Shown here one piece after another: positions 1 through 9,777 of a stretch of 64,000 nucleotides of DNA (its first letter is position 1; every line of letters begins with the position of its first letter). The DNA lies in the IMG/VR virus record IMGVR_UViG_3300037400_004417. One strand, given 5' to 3'. The notes below the pieces were generated by a model. It was not told where the DNA came from. It saw only the letters and a list, made by a program, of their open reading frames with translations, and searched no databases. This stretch comes from a virus (lineage: Duplodnaviria; Heunggongvirae; Uroviricota; Caudoviricetes). The position numbers and the translations under genes are program-made.

Positions 1-87
1 GAATCACCTCTTATGGATAAATTTTGTTGTAGCAAACTTATTTTACCACAATTAGTGACTCGTATGTTATTTTTATGTAAAATTTTA

Positions 88-1758
88 TTAATTTACAGGC
101 TCAACTAAAACCTGTAAACTGGTGTTATTATTAATACTTACAGAAGAAGATTCTAAAGCTTTTACATTATCAGTTAACTTTTTTGAATTACTTACTATAG
201 TATCTATAGTATCAGCAATTTTTTCGAATAGTCTAGATGATTCATTTACGATAACAGAACCAGATTCTACTCTCTTCGTATTCTCTTCCATTATCTTAAC
301 AGCTTTATCTGTATCTATTCTAACACTATTGACGATATCTGATATTTGCCCTGAAGCTTCTCTGCTTTGTTCCGCTAATTTACGAACTTCTTCTGCGACT
401 ACACTAAAGCCTCTGCCATGTTCGCCAGCTCTAGCTGCTTCAATCGCGGCATTTAACGCCAATAAATTAGTTTGTTCTGCAATATTAGAAATAACCTCAG
501 TAATTCCACTAATTTCTACAGATTTATCTTCTAAGACTTTAATTACCTTTGAAGAACTATCAACGGAATCTTTTATAATGTTCATCTGATTCATTGCTTC
601 ATTGGCCTTTTTCTTTCCAGAATTCGCCATTGAATGAGTCGAATTAATACTATCTATAGTAGTATCTAGTATATTATTGCAGTCATTCATTTTTGTCTGC
701 ATTTCGTTTGCACTAGCTGTAGATGATTCTACTGACTCAAATTGCTGTGTGCATGATCCAGCTACATTTACAGCTGAATCTGCTACTGTAGCAGAAACTA
801 TAGCAGATTGTTCTGATGATGCTAACAGTTGTTCAGAAGCAGCCGCAACTTGCTGTGCAGAATCAGCTATACTGGAAATTAACATTGCTACTTCTTCTTG
901 TAAGATTTCTAAAGATTTGTACATTACACCAATTTCACTTTCATTGGCATAATTGCTATATTCTATAGTTTGTTTAAAATCTCCAGAAGACATTGTAGAC
1001 ATTTTATTACAAATATCCAGTATAGGAGAGGCTATTGCCTTACTAATATTTACTGCTACTATATAAGAAATTATAGTAGTAAACATCATTACTACACAAA
1101 TAATTATAATTTCTTTATTGGTTTGAGCATCAGCTATTTCTGTTTGTTCTGCGACTTTTGCTTCTATAAAATCAATATAGATACCGGTGCCAAATACTAT
1201 TTCATATGGATCATAAGAAACACTATAATTCAATTTAGGATAAAATTCTGTGCTGTTATGTTTAGGAAAAGTCATATGAGTATAACCGCCACCTTCTTTG
1301 CGGCCATTGGAAATAACTTCCTTCATAAATTCTTTTCCTTCACTATCTTTAGCGTTAATCCTATTTTTACCTTCGACTTCTTTGTTGCCTAACAGAACTA
1401 AATTAGTACCGTCAAAAGTATCACAGAAATAATATCCATTACCGTTATCATATCTGGCATCTCTTAATAGATTTCTAACTTGCTCGATAGCTTGTTCTCT
1501 CGTAAATTCTCCGGCTAATTCTTTGTCATGGATTTTGTCAATACAACTCCATAACATTTCTGTTTTTTGCTTTAATTCTATCTTTACATCTTCTAATAAT
1601 TGATTCTCATATCTATTTATATATTCATTTTTATTTTGAAGATTATGAAAGATGAATATAGCTCCAATTAATAAAGTGGTTAGAAATGTAGCGACAACTA
1701 TAACTTTTATTAAAGTATTCTGTATCGTATCTTGAGTAGGTTTGAACGTTAATTTCAT
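88..1758 (-). CDS. methyl-accepting chemotaxis protein (TM + periplasmic sensor + HAMP + MCP signalling domain)
   Basis: 575-aa ORF 88..1815; conserved MCP signalling hairpin [34 protein letters not shown]; hydrophobic TM after MKLTF; likely true start at internal MKLTF (1758). Confidence 0.8.
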   Translation of the reverse strand: MKLTFKPTQDTIQNTLIKVIVVATFLTTLLIGAIFIFHNLQNKNEYINRYENQLLEDVKIELKQKTEMLWSCIDKIHDKELAGEFTREQAIEQVRNLLRDARYDNGNGYYFCDTFDGTNLVLLGNKEVEGKNRINAKDSEGKEFMKEVISNGRKEGGGYTHMTFPKHNSTEFYPKLNYSVSYDPYEIVFGTGIYIDFIEAKVAEQTEIADAQTNKEIIIICVVMMFTTIISYIVAVNISKAIASPILDICNKMSTMSSGDFKQTIEYSNYANESEIGVMYKSLEILQEEVAMLISSIADSAQQVAAASEQLLASSEQSAIVSATVADSAVNVAGSCTQQFESVESSTASANEMQTKMNDCNNILDTTIDSINSTHSMANSGKKKANEAMNQMNIIKDSVDSSSKVIKVLEDKSVEISGITEVISNIAEQTNLLALNAAIEAARAGEHGRGFSVVAEEVRKLAEQSREASGQISDIVNSVRIDTDKAVKIMEENTKRVESGSVIVNESSRLFEKIADTIDTIVSNSKKLTDNVKALESSSVSINNNTSLQVLVEPVN

Positions 1759-1792
1759 AACAACTCGTAATAAAACGCTCCTTTCTCTTTTT

Positions 1793-2074
1793 CTAAATAT
1801 TGTATGTATAGCCATCTATATTATTATTGATCTTTAAGATAAAATCTTCTAGATCGTCAATATAGATAGCACGATTAACAGGTCTTACTCTTGATTCTGC
1901 TAGAAAATGATCGTAACTCCAAAAATCTTCTTCTGGAATATCGATATCTAAATTTTCTGCGTCAATAAACATTTGTTTAGGATTGCCACAAATAACTATA
2001 CCGTACATAGCCGCAGCAGTCTTTAATAACTTTATTGTCTTTCCAGTACCGTTTGTTCCTACAATTTTAACCAT
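1793..2074 (-). CDS. small P-loop NTPase-like protein
   Basis: 93 aa, Walker A GTNGTGKT near N-terminus; too short for a full ATPase. Confidence 0.3.
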   Translation of the reverse strand: MVKIVGTNGTGKTIKLLKTAAAMYGIVICGNPKQMFIDAENLDIDIPEEDFWSYDHFLAESRVRPVNRAIYIDDLEDFILKINNNIDGYTYNI

Positions 2075-2119
2075 TATTTTACACTTCCTAACAAATATAA
2101 TTTTAGTCTCTCACATAAA

Positions 2120-2150
2120 GGATATAGGGCGCGCGAAGCGCCCTTATTAT
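2120..2150 (-). terminator. GC-rich hairpin GGGCGCGCGAAGCGCCC flanked by T/A-rich runs (possibly bidirectional)
   Basis: perfect 6-bp GC stem with GCGAA loop in an AT-rich genome, just downstream of the 2147..2770 stop; near-identical hairpin recurs at 51515. Confidence 0.4.
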
Positions 2151-2770
2151 TTCTTACTCTTTTTATCTTCTTTTCTCAACGCTTTTAATTCTTCTAGTTC
2201 TATCCATCTTTTGCCATATTTATCTGACCACTGAACACACATAAATTGGATATCAGGATATCTTGAACCAAATAATTTAGCTTTAATTTTAAATTCTGGA
2301 GTCTCGATACCTTTAACGTCTATAGCTGTTTGACTACCATCTGTTTCATCTATAACAAAATCGGCTAAATATTTTATTTCTCTAACCATTTTGCCTGTAA
2401 ATTTATTTTTATATTTGTCCATTAGAACAAAAGGTACTTGCATATCAAAATCTTTAATAAGCTTTTCTTTCTTTTGCTCTAATAAGAATATATAAAATTT
2501 CGCTTCCATAATGCTGTCAAACTCTATACCATTAACGACACATTTTTTGGCTCCAAATTTTTTATTCCTATAAATCTTCTCGTCCTCAACAGAAGGAAGT
2601 TTAAAACTTTTAATAAGTTTATTCTTCTTCCATTCGGAATGAAGCTCTACTAATTGTTTAGATTTATAATTTATTCCATCTATCGTGTATTTCGTAATTG
2701 TTCTAGTCTTTTTTTTAGTAGAAGAAGTGCCAGAAGCTTTTCTCTTTCTGATTAAAGCCATTAATATCAC
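2147..2770 (-). CDS. putative PD-(D/E)XK nuclease (DUF1064-like phage protein)
   Basis: 207 aa; motif ADFVIDETDGSQTAIDVKG resembles the D..E.K nuclease core; starts with GTG. Confidence 0.4.
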   Translation of the reverse strand: MILMALIRKRKASGTSSTKKKTRTITKYTIDGINYKSKQLVELHSEWKKNKLIKSFKLPSVEDEKIYRNKKFGAKKCVVNGIEFDSIMEAKFYIFLLEQKKEKLIKDFDMQVPFVLMDKYKNKFTGKMVREIKYLADFVIDETDGSQTAIDVKGIETPEFKIKAKLFGSRYPDIQFMCVQWSDKYGKRWIELEELKALRKEDKKSKK

Positions 2771-2779
2771 TCTTTTTTC

Positions 2780-3230
2780 TTAAGTATCCAAGAAAAATTA
2801 CGAATAATCATAAATCTTCTAAACTTGATTTTGTTCGATCTTTTAACTCTGCACGCTTAGCATTGTTCCAACGATCGACCGTGCCCGTTAAATCCTTATA
2901 TACCCCTACTTTCGTAGTACTTTAACGCTATTAATATAGCGGGAGTAGAGTACACCATCTTCCTATATATTGAAAGGAAGTCTGCATTATACTCGTTGAA
3001 CCTTCTTCTTAATACAATTAAGAAGTTTGGCTGCTGATTGTCCATTCAATTGGGTAGCAACTTTTAGCATCTATATCCTTAGGCAAAAATATAGACTTTT
3101 ATTTCAGCATGAGTCATCTCTCAACTTGTTTCTACTTTCGTTCCGTTATAGGCATGAGAGCTTTAGGAGTTTCCAGCATGTTAGCAGATTATTCGACTCT
3201 ACGTTACCGTAGAGAAGGGCCCAAAAATCA
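2780..3230 (-). ncRNA. group I intron-like element (family A), host gene unidentified
   Basis: contains an R-like element (plus-strand ctcgttgaacc at 2993) and ggctgctgattgtcc (3029), at the same 37-nt spacing as the recA, SNF2 and gyrB family-A introns; no ORF. Confidence 0.4.
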
Positions 3231-3503
3231 TCTTTGAGAGCCTGTGATTCGTCTTATACGATCAAATTTAACTGGATCTGTTTGAACGGCGATATCTAAA
3301 GTCTCAGGATCATCCATATCTGTTACCGTAATAGATACGATATCTTCAATAGAACTATTAGAAACTTTAATAGCCTGTTCAATATAATACTTTTCGTCTT
3401 CAGTACCAGACTCCAATATATTTTCTAATGGTACGCAAATTTTTCTCTGCCAATTAAATAAATGTTCTTCCATTTTTTCCTTTACTCCTTCTCTACTATG
3501 CAA
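3228..3503 (-). CDS. hypothetical protein (possible upstream exon of the gene split by the 2780-3230 intron)
   Basis: 91-aa ORF, no recognisable motif. Confidence 0.35.
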   Translation of the reverse strand: MHSREGVKEKMEEHLFNWQRKICVPLENILESGTEDEKYYIEQAIKVSNSSIEDIVSITVTDMDDPETLDIAVQTDPVKFDRIRRITGSQR

Positions 3504-3787
3504 CCTTCAGTATTGACATAACTAACTGTATATAAAGCATATTCTGAATTAGAATTAAATTCTACATCCAAAACACTTTCATTATGAATAGAGACTAATA
3601 AATCTATTAAAACATGGTTGCTTAATTCTTCATAAATATCAGATATCATATAACCAGACATAGGTAATAGCTCCATGCCTTTGTGTTCTATTAGCTTATT
3701 ATCGGCAGTCTCATATATTATTTCGGGTGCTGAATTTATTGTATTTTTTCTGACGAAAACTCTTTTAATAAATTGATTCTCTACCAT
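3482..3787 (-). CDS. hypothetical protein
   Basis: 101-aa ORF in the minus-strand operon. Confidence 0.4.
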   Translation of the reverse strand: MVENQFIKRVFVRKNTINSAPEIIYETADNKLIEHKGMELLPMSGYMISDIYEELSNHVLIDLLVSIHNESVLDVEFNSNSEYALYTVSYVNTEGCIVEKE

Positions 3788-3839
3788 TTTATCTTTTTCT
3801 CCTCTCTTTTTACAGCAAAAGGATACTCATTATATTACA

Positions 3840-4187
3840 TTACCTCGTATTGAAATAATTAACGATATCTTCTTTGCTTTTATTTTTAACGAAATCTTGC
3901 CAAACTCTATATTTTTCAGACATTTCATCTATATCAGGTATATCTATATGGCCAATTTTAAACCATAAAGCCATAGCTTCAGGAATATGAGTGCCACCAT
4001 AATAAGGCATACCCATATAATCATAAGGTATACCAGCGATATAATGACTATAAGAATCTTTTCCTAGATAACAGCCTAGATCCAAGAAATTTTTAGTCAC
4101 TAAGATATCGCCTGGTTTAAATTCAATAAATGGCGGCTTATAAAAAGTCTTTCTTATCCAATGTTTAATTTTAAACAAACTGATCAT
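3840..4187 (-). CDS. hypothetical protein
   Basis: 115-aa ORF. Confidence 0.4.
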   Translation of the reverse strand: MISLFKIKHWIRKTFYKPPFIEFKPGDILVTKNFLDLGCYLGKDSYSHYIAGIPYDYMGMPYYGGTHIPEAMALWFKIGHIDIPDIDEMSEKYRVWQDFVKNKSKEDIVNYFNTR

Positions 4188-4608
4188 AATGCCTCTTAAT
4201 GTACCAAATAGCCTTGTTACAATCCTCTATAGTTTTAGCAGGATTCTTCTTGCCGGCGCGAGATAAATACTTTATAGCGTTACCTAAATGAAAGCCCAAG
4301 CCATTCTGCTCTATAAAATCAATAACTTCATACTTGCCATCGGTATAATGATTAGGATGATTAACGACATCTTCATTAGATGTTTTCGTAAATTCATTTT
4401 CTTTTTCGCTATCATCATATTCATCTATAAAATGATTAATATTTGCAATCGCGAATTCAAGTAATTTTAATTGACTTCGATGATAATTTTCCTGTTCAAT
4501 AATTCCTTGAAAAGTCACGATATCAATAATGGCTTCACCTAAATACGGATTTATCTTTTTATCTATAATATAATCAATAGGCTTAATACAATCTTTAAAA
4601 TCAACCAT
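4171..4608 (-). CDS. DUF3310-like phage protein
   Basis: NHPNHYTDGKYEVIDFIE...GNAIKYLSRAGKKN resembles the NHPxHY..KYL signature of the DUF3310 family. Confidence 0.45.
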   Translation of the reverse strand: MVDFKDCIKPIDYIIDKKINPYLGEAIIDIVTFQGIIEQENYHRSQLKLLEFAIANINHFIDEYDDSEKENEFTKTSNEDVVNHPNHYTDGKYEVIDFIEQNGLGFHLGNAIKYLSRAGKKNPAKTIEDCNKAIWYIKRHYDQFV

Positions 4609-4617
4609 AAAATAAAA

Positions 4618-5016
4618 TCACTTCTTTCTTCTATCGGCGGCAACAAAAGCCTTCGCTAAAGTGTCGATAGTGCTATGCCATATAGTATATTCTAAAGAGT
4701 TTTCATCAGGAGGTTCTAATTCTGCCATAGTACAATGTAATAGCTCATGAACTAGAGTCTGTTCCATATCTTGAGGAAAATCGCTGTAATCCGGATAATC
4801 AAGTGGATCTAGAAGCATAATCAAAGACTGTTTACTGACTAATGTAATACGATTTTCTCCCTGTGCGTTCTGTAAATTAAAATACGCTGCACGACCGATT
4901 TGAGCTTTGATATCCCATTCCTGTAATCTAAGTATCTTCTTCCACTTCTTTAAAGCTTTGTTTAACTGTTTCTGATTCTTGTATATCATACAATATTCCT
5001 TTTCCTTTTCTAGCAT
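4618..5016 (-). CDS. putative HExxH zinc metallopeptidase-like protein
   Basis: 132 aa with VHELLH motif. Confidence 0.3.
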   Translation of the reverse strand: MLEKEKEYCMIYKNQKQLNKALKKWKKILRLQEWDIKAQIGRAAYFNLQNAQGENRITLVSKQSLIMLLDPLDYPDYSDFPQDMEQTLVHELLHCTMAELEPPDENSLEYTIWHSTIDTLAKAFVAADRRKK

Positions 5017-5288
5017 TCAGGATATATCAGTAGCATATCATTGGCAAAATCATACTTATATAGATGTCGTCTACCCTTTGAAATATAAATAACAGGATGA
5101 TTATTTTTTAGATATGCTTCTTTATCTATGATGTATTCAGGATCATCTATAATCACATCATCGATTTTAATAGCTTTCTTCTGAATTAATCGTCTAGCTT
5201 CACCGCCAGCAGCACATATTTTTGTCTTGCATAAAAATCTTCTTATATTCATATTTTTGTATCCTTTCCTTTCCAAATCATATTCCAC
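5010..5288 (-). CDS. hypothetical protein
   Basis: 92-aa ORF. Confidence 0.3.
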   Translation of the reverse strand: MEYDLERKGYKNMNIRRFLCKTKICAAGGEARRLIQKKAIKIDDVIIDDPEYIIDKEAYLKNNHPVIYISKGRRHLYKYDFANDMLLIYPEC

Positions 5289-5824
5289 GCCTTGTAATCT
5301 GTAGTTCCCATTATAATATTAGCTATACATTGTAAACCAATACAAAGTTCTAAGGGTATATCAATAAAATAAATAGCTAATGCGGCGCCAAAGAATTGCC
5401 CACCTAAATTCCAAGCGGATTCAAACGACTCCCATTTAGTTAGGTTATCCCCTTTTATAATATTGTTAACAGCATTACGCATTAATACATACCAAAGATT
5501 TGTACTGACCGCATTAAGTACAGCTAAACCTAGAAACCTTACAGTAATATACTCCGTAGATAAGAATGAGACAATACAAAAGCATAATAAATCTATAATA
5601 ACTATGCTATAGAAATGTTTTTTGTACCATCTCATAATCCTGTCTACAGCAACTGAGCTATTAACTAAAGCAGCTAATCCCGTAGAAAGCATATTGGCGG
5701 CGGCAAATATTTCAGTAGATACTCTGGACACAAAATATATCTGAATGATAGGACTCGTTAAAGCAAAGATAAATGATACTAAAACAGGACCTGACAATAG
5801 ATAGAACTTTAGTTTATTGCTCAT
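5249..5824 (-). CDS. multi-pass membrane protein
   Basis: 191 aa, several hydrophobic helices. Confidence 0.45.
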   Translation of the reverse strand: MSNKLKFYLLSGPVLVSFIFALTSPIIQIYFVSRVSTEIFAAANMLSTGLAALVNSSVAVDRIMRWYKKHFYSIVIIDLLCFCIVSFLSTEYITVRFLGLAVLNAVSTNLWYVLMRNAVNNIIKGDNLTKWESFESAWNLGGQFFGAALAIYFIDIPLELCIGLQCIANIIMGTTDYKAWNMIWKGKDTKI

Positions 5825-8118
5825 ATAATTTTTTCTGCCGGTAACAATCTATCTTCATAATACATCTTTTCTATATCTTTAATAGTAAGATTACGGAGAT
5901 AATCAGCGCCGAATTTATCCTTCAAGTCCCTTATGATATTATAAACTCTTACATCCTGTTCAGTAGCAAAGTTCTTTCTGACAGTCTTATTCTTAGAAAT
6001 AGATTCTAATAAGCCTCTCTTATATTTCCAGTACTTATAGAAAGGAGTCTTATATTTGAACATAAATCCATTAGAGTCTTCAAAGACATATCCTTCATAA
6101 AAAGGTTCATTGTTGTTTTCATGAAAACTTATAAAAGACTGCAAGTTATCCCAAGAAAAGAAAAGAGCTTTCGGCTTTTTAACTTCTATTTTAAAATCTT
6201 CAGCTATTTTCTTAACTTCTTCATAAGGTTTCTTATTAAACTCAAAGGTATTCTCTATAATATCTAAAAGATATAGATGATCTTTTTCATACCATATAGG
6301 GTGAGAGCTGTCTCTACTATCTACAACTTCAAAGACCATAGTTATGTTATTCTCTTTCAGATAGGTCTCAATTGCTTCTCTTGCATCTGCTGGTAACTTA
6401 CTGAACTGATACTTGAGCATGTCAGAGTATTCACCAGACAACAATGTCTTAGAACAGAACAATAACTTATCTTGTTCTCTGTCATAAGAGATAAGACCTA
6501 AGAAACCGTTCTCTTTCTTGTAGGCTGTCACAGGAAATACTAAAGTATTTTTTAAGGCTTCATCTGTAGTATTCTCTGTTTCAAGCCTGTTAAAAAATTT
6601 AGAATATCCTCTCGCTGCGATATCTCCTGTACTATTATAAACAAATAAGCCTCGAGCAGTACAGGTAAGGTTATTCCATTCTCTGCGCTTAAAAGCGCCC
6701 TTCGTAAAATTGTAAGAAGTTATATGCCCCTGAACAGTCTTTTTAATCAGCTTTGACTTCTCTAGCTGATCAATAATCTCAGTTTTATTATTATCAGAAA
6801 CTGTCACGTTTTCATTAGCAAATACTATAGGAATAATTCTTTCGTTGGGTATAGTATTCTTAATACGATGAACAGTTATCTCAGAAACTTCTAGATTTTC
6901 TTTTTTCTTGATCTGAAGAATTCTTAAATCGCCGCCGGTTTCTACCTTATCACAGAGATTATAAATCTTATTCTTAACTACTTCAGTCTCAACATCATAT
7001 ACATTACGATGAGCATGAATAAAGATACAGTCTGTATCAGACTCTAGAACTTCGTATAGCTTATCAGTATCTTCATACTTACCGACACCGTTAATAAGCT
7101 GATAAGTAGGAGTAAACCAGTCTGGAGGAGTAGGATAGCCACCATGACAGATAAAATAATCTTCTCCGGCAAAATAAAAATAAGCCATCTGAGCGAACTT
7201 GCGGCAGAACTGTCTTAAATCCTTCTTAGAAATATCCTTAATCTGAGGCATTGTATATTCCAAGAACTCCGCAGACCTAATCTTCTGGTGCAGTAAATTC
7301 TTAAGTTCCTTTTTGCTTAAAGTATTTCTCTGTTCATCAGTGACAGGAATTTCGGCGCCGTTGTCATCAGCATACATCCTTAACCATTTTTCATGATTGC
7401 CTTCTAAGAATAATACATTCTTATTCTGAGACAAGTTCATTAAGAATTCCAATGTCTCCTTATTCTGTAAGCCTCTATCTAAATAGTCTCCGGTAAATAC
7501 ATAACCGATCTCATTGTCAAAAGGATGTTCGTCAAACCATTTTTTTAAAGGTTCATAACAACCATGAATATCTCCGAATACCTGTACTTCCTTATAGTTA
7601 GAGTAATCATAGAACGGTTCTTCGTTACAGATAAAATTGCTAGCTTCATCGGGAGTCAAAGTATGAAATCTCTTAGATACTTCTTTATCTGCTTCGAATA
7701 CGGCATACATTTTACGGATAACTGCTTCAGGAACGAATTTGTAAGCATCTCTTTTCTTGTTTCTTTCTAAAGCAGTTTCCAAAGGAACCTGAGTAAAGTC
7801 AACGATAAAGTTTCTGTAGCGGTACTTAGATACTAAGTTTTTGTATCTATTAAGAAGTTCACTCTTATAATGGGTAGCGTCAATGATAATAAGCTCGCCG
7901 CGTTCCATTCTCTGTTCTAGCAGCTCCATTAATAGATCCCATACTTTTCCATCATTATTCTGGGAAATAGTATAATTGCCGTCAATATTCATAATAGGAC
8001 ACTGATACAGCAATCTGATATTGTCAGCAGATAAAGTATATCTTTCTAAATCGTTATCCTTAATCCAAGTAGATTTTCCGGCACCCGGAGCACCTCTTAA
8101 TAAAAATAACATTCGCAT
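5821..8118 (-). CDS. Pnkp-like polynucleotide kinase / metallophosphoesterase / ligase-like end-healing enzyme
   Basis: 765 aa; N-terminal P-loop kinase GAPGAGKST; central calcineurin-type phosphoesterase motifs GDIHG, GDYLDRG, GNHE; roughly 300-aa C-terminal domain in the position of the ligase/adenylyltransferase domain of bacterial Pnkp. Confidence 0.55.
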   Translation of the reverse strand: MRMLFLLRGAPGAGKSTWIKDNDLERYTLSADNIRLLYQCPIMNIDGNYTISQNNDGKVWDLLMELLEQRMERGELIIIDATHYKSELLNRYKNLVSKYRYRNFIVDFTQVPLETALERNKKRDAYKFVPEAVIRKMYAVFEADKEVSKRFHTLTPDEASNFICNEEPFYDYSNYKEVQVFGDIHGCYEPLKKWFDEHPFDNEIGYVFTGDYLDRGLQNKETLEFLMNLSQNKNVLFLEGNHEKWLRMYADDNGAEIPVTDEQRNTLSKKELKNLLHQKIRSAEFLEYTMPQIKDISKKDLRQFCRKFAQMAYFYFAGEDYFICHGGYPTPPDWFTPTYQLINGVGKYEDTDKLYEVLESDTDCIFIHAHRNVYDVETEVVKNKIYNLCDKVETGGDLRILQIKKKENLEVSEITVHRIKNTIPNERIIPIVFANENVTVSDNNKTEIIDQLEKSKLIKKTVQGHITSYNFTKGAFKRREWNNLTCTARGLFVYNSTGDIAARGYSKFFNRLETENTTDEALKNTLVFPVTAYKKENGFLGLISYDREQDKLLFCSKTLLSGEYSDMLKYQFSKLPADAREAIETYLKENNITMVFEVVDSRDSSHPIWYEKDHLYLLDIIENTFEFNKKPYEEVKKIAEDFKIEVKKPKALFFSWDNLQSFISFHENNNEPFYEGYVFEDSNGFMFKYKTPFYKYWKYKRGLLESISKNKTVRKNFATEQDVRVYNIIRDLKDKFGADYLRNLTIKDIEKMYYEDRLLPAEKII

Positions 8119-8133
8119 ATGGTTATCACCTCT

Positions 8134-8457
8134 TTATTTACATTTTTGCTGCAGGCGAAGATTTTCCCGAGCTTGAAAAATTTCTTTCAATTCAGTATCA
8201 AAATCAGCTGAAGGAAAAAGTTGATTCAAGTGGTTTTTTAAACATCTAAAATAATATCTAATTGCATTTATATCTTTTAAATAAGACGATACAGCCATAA
8301 ACATTCCTATTTTATCATGAGTAGCTATATCTTTTTCGTCAAATTCCATTAATTTATTAATCTCGGTTAATTCTATTCTAGCTTTACTTGTTCGTTCGCA
8401 AGATAATTCTTCACTAATTCTATATACATATTTAGCGAAATCAGATATATGTTCCAT
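8134..8457 (-). CDS. hypothetical protein
   Basis: 107-aa ORF. Confidence 0.4.
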   Translation of the reverse strand: MEHISDFAKYVYRISEELSCERTSKARIELTEINKLMEFDEKDIATHDKIGMFMAVSSYLKDINAIRYYFRCLKNHLNQLFPSADFDTELKEIFQARENLRLQQKCK

Positions 8458-8480
8458 GCAATTGACTCCTCTATGTTAAA

Positions 8481-9233
8481 TCACATATCTCCCTTAAGCA
8501 TAGGATCGACTTCTTTACAACTTACTTTCTCGTATGCTTTTAATAGCATATCTAAAGTTGGCGCCGCTCCACAACACTTGCTTCCTTCTGGGCAATATCC
8601 TAAAGATTTACAACTAGCTCCAGCTTTCTTGAATAGTACAGGAGAAATGTTTCTACACAATCTCAACATTTCAAAAGCCACTTCTCTCATTTCATCCATC
8701 GCTCTACGGCAACATCTAAGATTAAAGAAGTGAAGCAAAGTTCTAAGGTTCATTGTAAAAATAATTCTAGTAGCTGTGCCGTTAGGAAGAATATATCTAG
8801 CATCTTCTTTAGATACTCCCTGATCAAGTAACTCATTATATGCAGCTATGGATTCCTTCGCAATATCGTCAAATGTTTTTTTCGCCTTTTCGGTATATCT
8901 AGCTACACGTTTAAATTTATCGGGCTTAATAATCTCACAATTACTTTCGCTACAGTACCTCATCGAGCGTTGTGAATAGGACGCAAGCCGATGCCTTACA
9001 AGTTCATGTGTAAAGTTACGGCTTACTCCTTCTACTGCAAAGGTAAATGACACGTGTTCTAATGGGCTCTCATGGCCCATATCCATCAAGCCTTCGATAA
9101 ACTTTTCAGTATTTTCTGAAGTCAGATCGTCCATAATACTATCAATATCAACTTTATTAGAATAACAGAGCTTAGCCGCCGCCGCGATGATCTTTTTTGG
9201 TTCTGGTGTATGTGTTAATAGCTTTACTTTCAT
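8481..9233 (-). CDS. thyX: flavin-dependent thymidylate synthase ThyX with Cys-rich C-terminal extension
   Basis: HESPLEH and RHRLASYSQRSMRY signature motifs; C-terminal tail CKSLGYCPEGSKCCGAAP. Confidence 0.8.
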   Translation of the reverse strand: MKVKLLTHTPEPKKIIAAAAKLCYSNKVDIDSIMDDLTSENTEKFIEGLMDMGHESPLEHVSFTFAVEGVSRNFTHELVRHRLASYSQRSMRYCSESNCEIIKPDKFKRVARYTEKAKKTFDDIAKESIAAYNELLDQGVSKEDARYILPNGTATRIIFTMNLRTLLHFFNLRCCRRAMDEMREVAFEMLRLCRNISPVLFKKAGASCKSLGYCPEGSKCCGAAPTLDMLLKAYEKVSCKEVDPMLKGDM

Positions 9234-9505
9234 GACATTTGCTCCTTACTAGTTAAAGTTTGTAGTTTATCCTGCAATTCTGTTATAATCTTTAAAGCTG
9301 GAAGAAAATTAACAGCATCTTGAATATTGTAAAAACAATTTCCTAATTTTACAGCTTCAAGCAAAGCTTTCTTGTATTTAGTTTTTACAAGATAGTATCT
9401 TGACTCTCCAGTCTTATAGTTATAATCTTGATTCCAGACATATATAGACTCACCTTCGTCTGGGATTTGAATAGTATATTTAGATGTATCTATTTCTTTT
9501 TCCAT
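9230..9505 (-). CDS. hypothetical protein
   Basis: 91-aa ORF. Confidence 0.4.
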   Translation of the reverse strand: MEKEIDTSKYTIQIPDEGESIYVWNQDYNYKTGESRYYLVKTKYKKALLEAVKLGNCFYNIQDAVNFLPALKIITELQDKLQTLTSKEQMS

Positions 9506-9528
9506 GATATATATCCTTACTGATTTTA

Positions 9529-9777
9529 TTATCCTACAGATTCTTTGTATAATTCTTCGCTGTTTTTCAGCATATATGCTGCTATATTTTTATAAGCTTT
9601 ATCGCTAAGCCCTTCTGTAAAGCCTCTATAATCAGTTCTAGCCGGATACATTTTATTTTCTGTAGGATCGATAACTATACACCAGCCAAAAATATGCAAA
9701 AAAGAATTTACAAAATATAATAATCCAGTATTTCTAAATTCTTCTAATGTTTTTTCTGTTAAATGGTCTTTATTCAT
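9529..9777 (-). CDS. hypothetical protein
   Basis: 82-aa ORF. Confidence 0.4.
   Translation of the reverse strand: MNKDHLTEKTLEEFRNTGLLYFVNSFLHIFGWCIVIDPTENKMYPARTDYRGFTEGLSDKAYKNIAAYMLKNSEELYKESVG

Noticed and set aside
122-1392. Plus-strand ORFs 122..589, 677..952 and 970..1392 overlapping the MCP gene
   Set aside because: Antisense mirror frames of a well-supported minus-strand CDS; low-complexity translations
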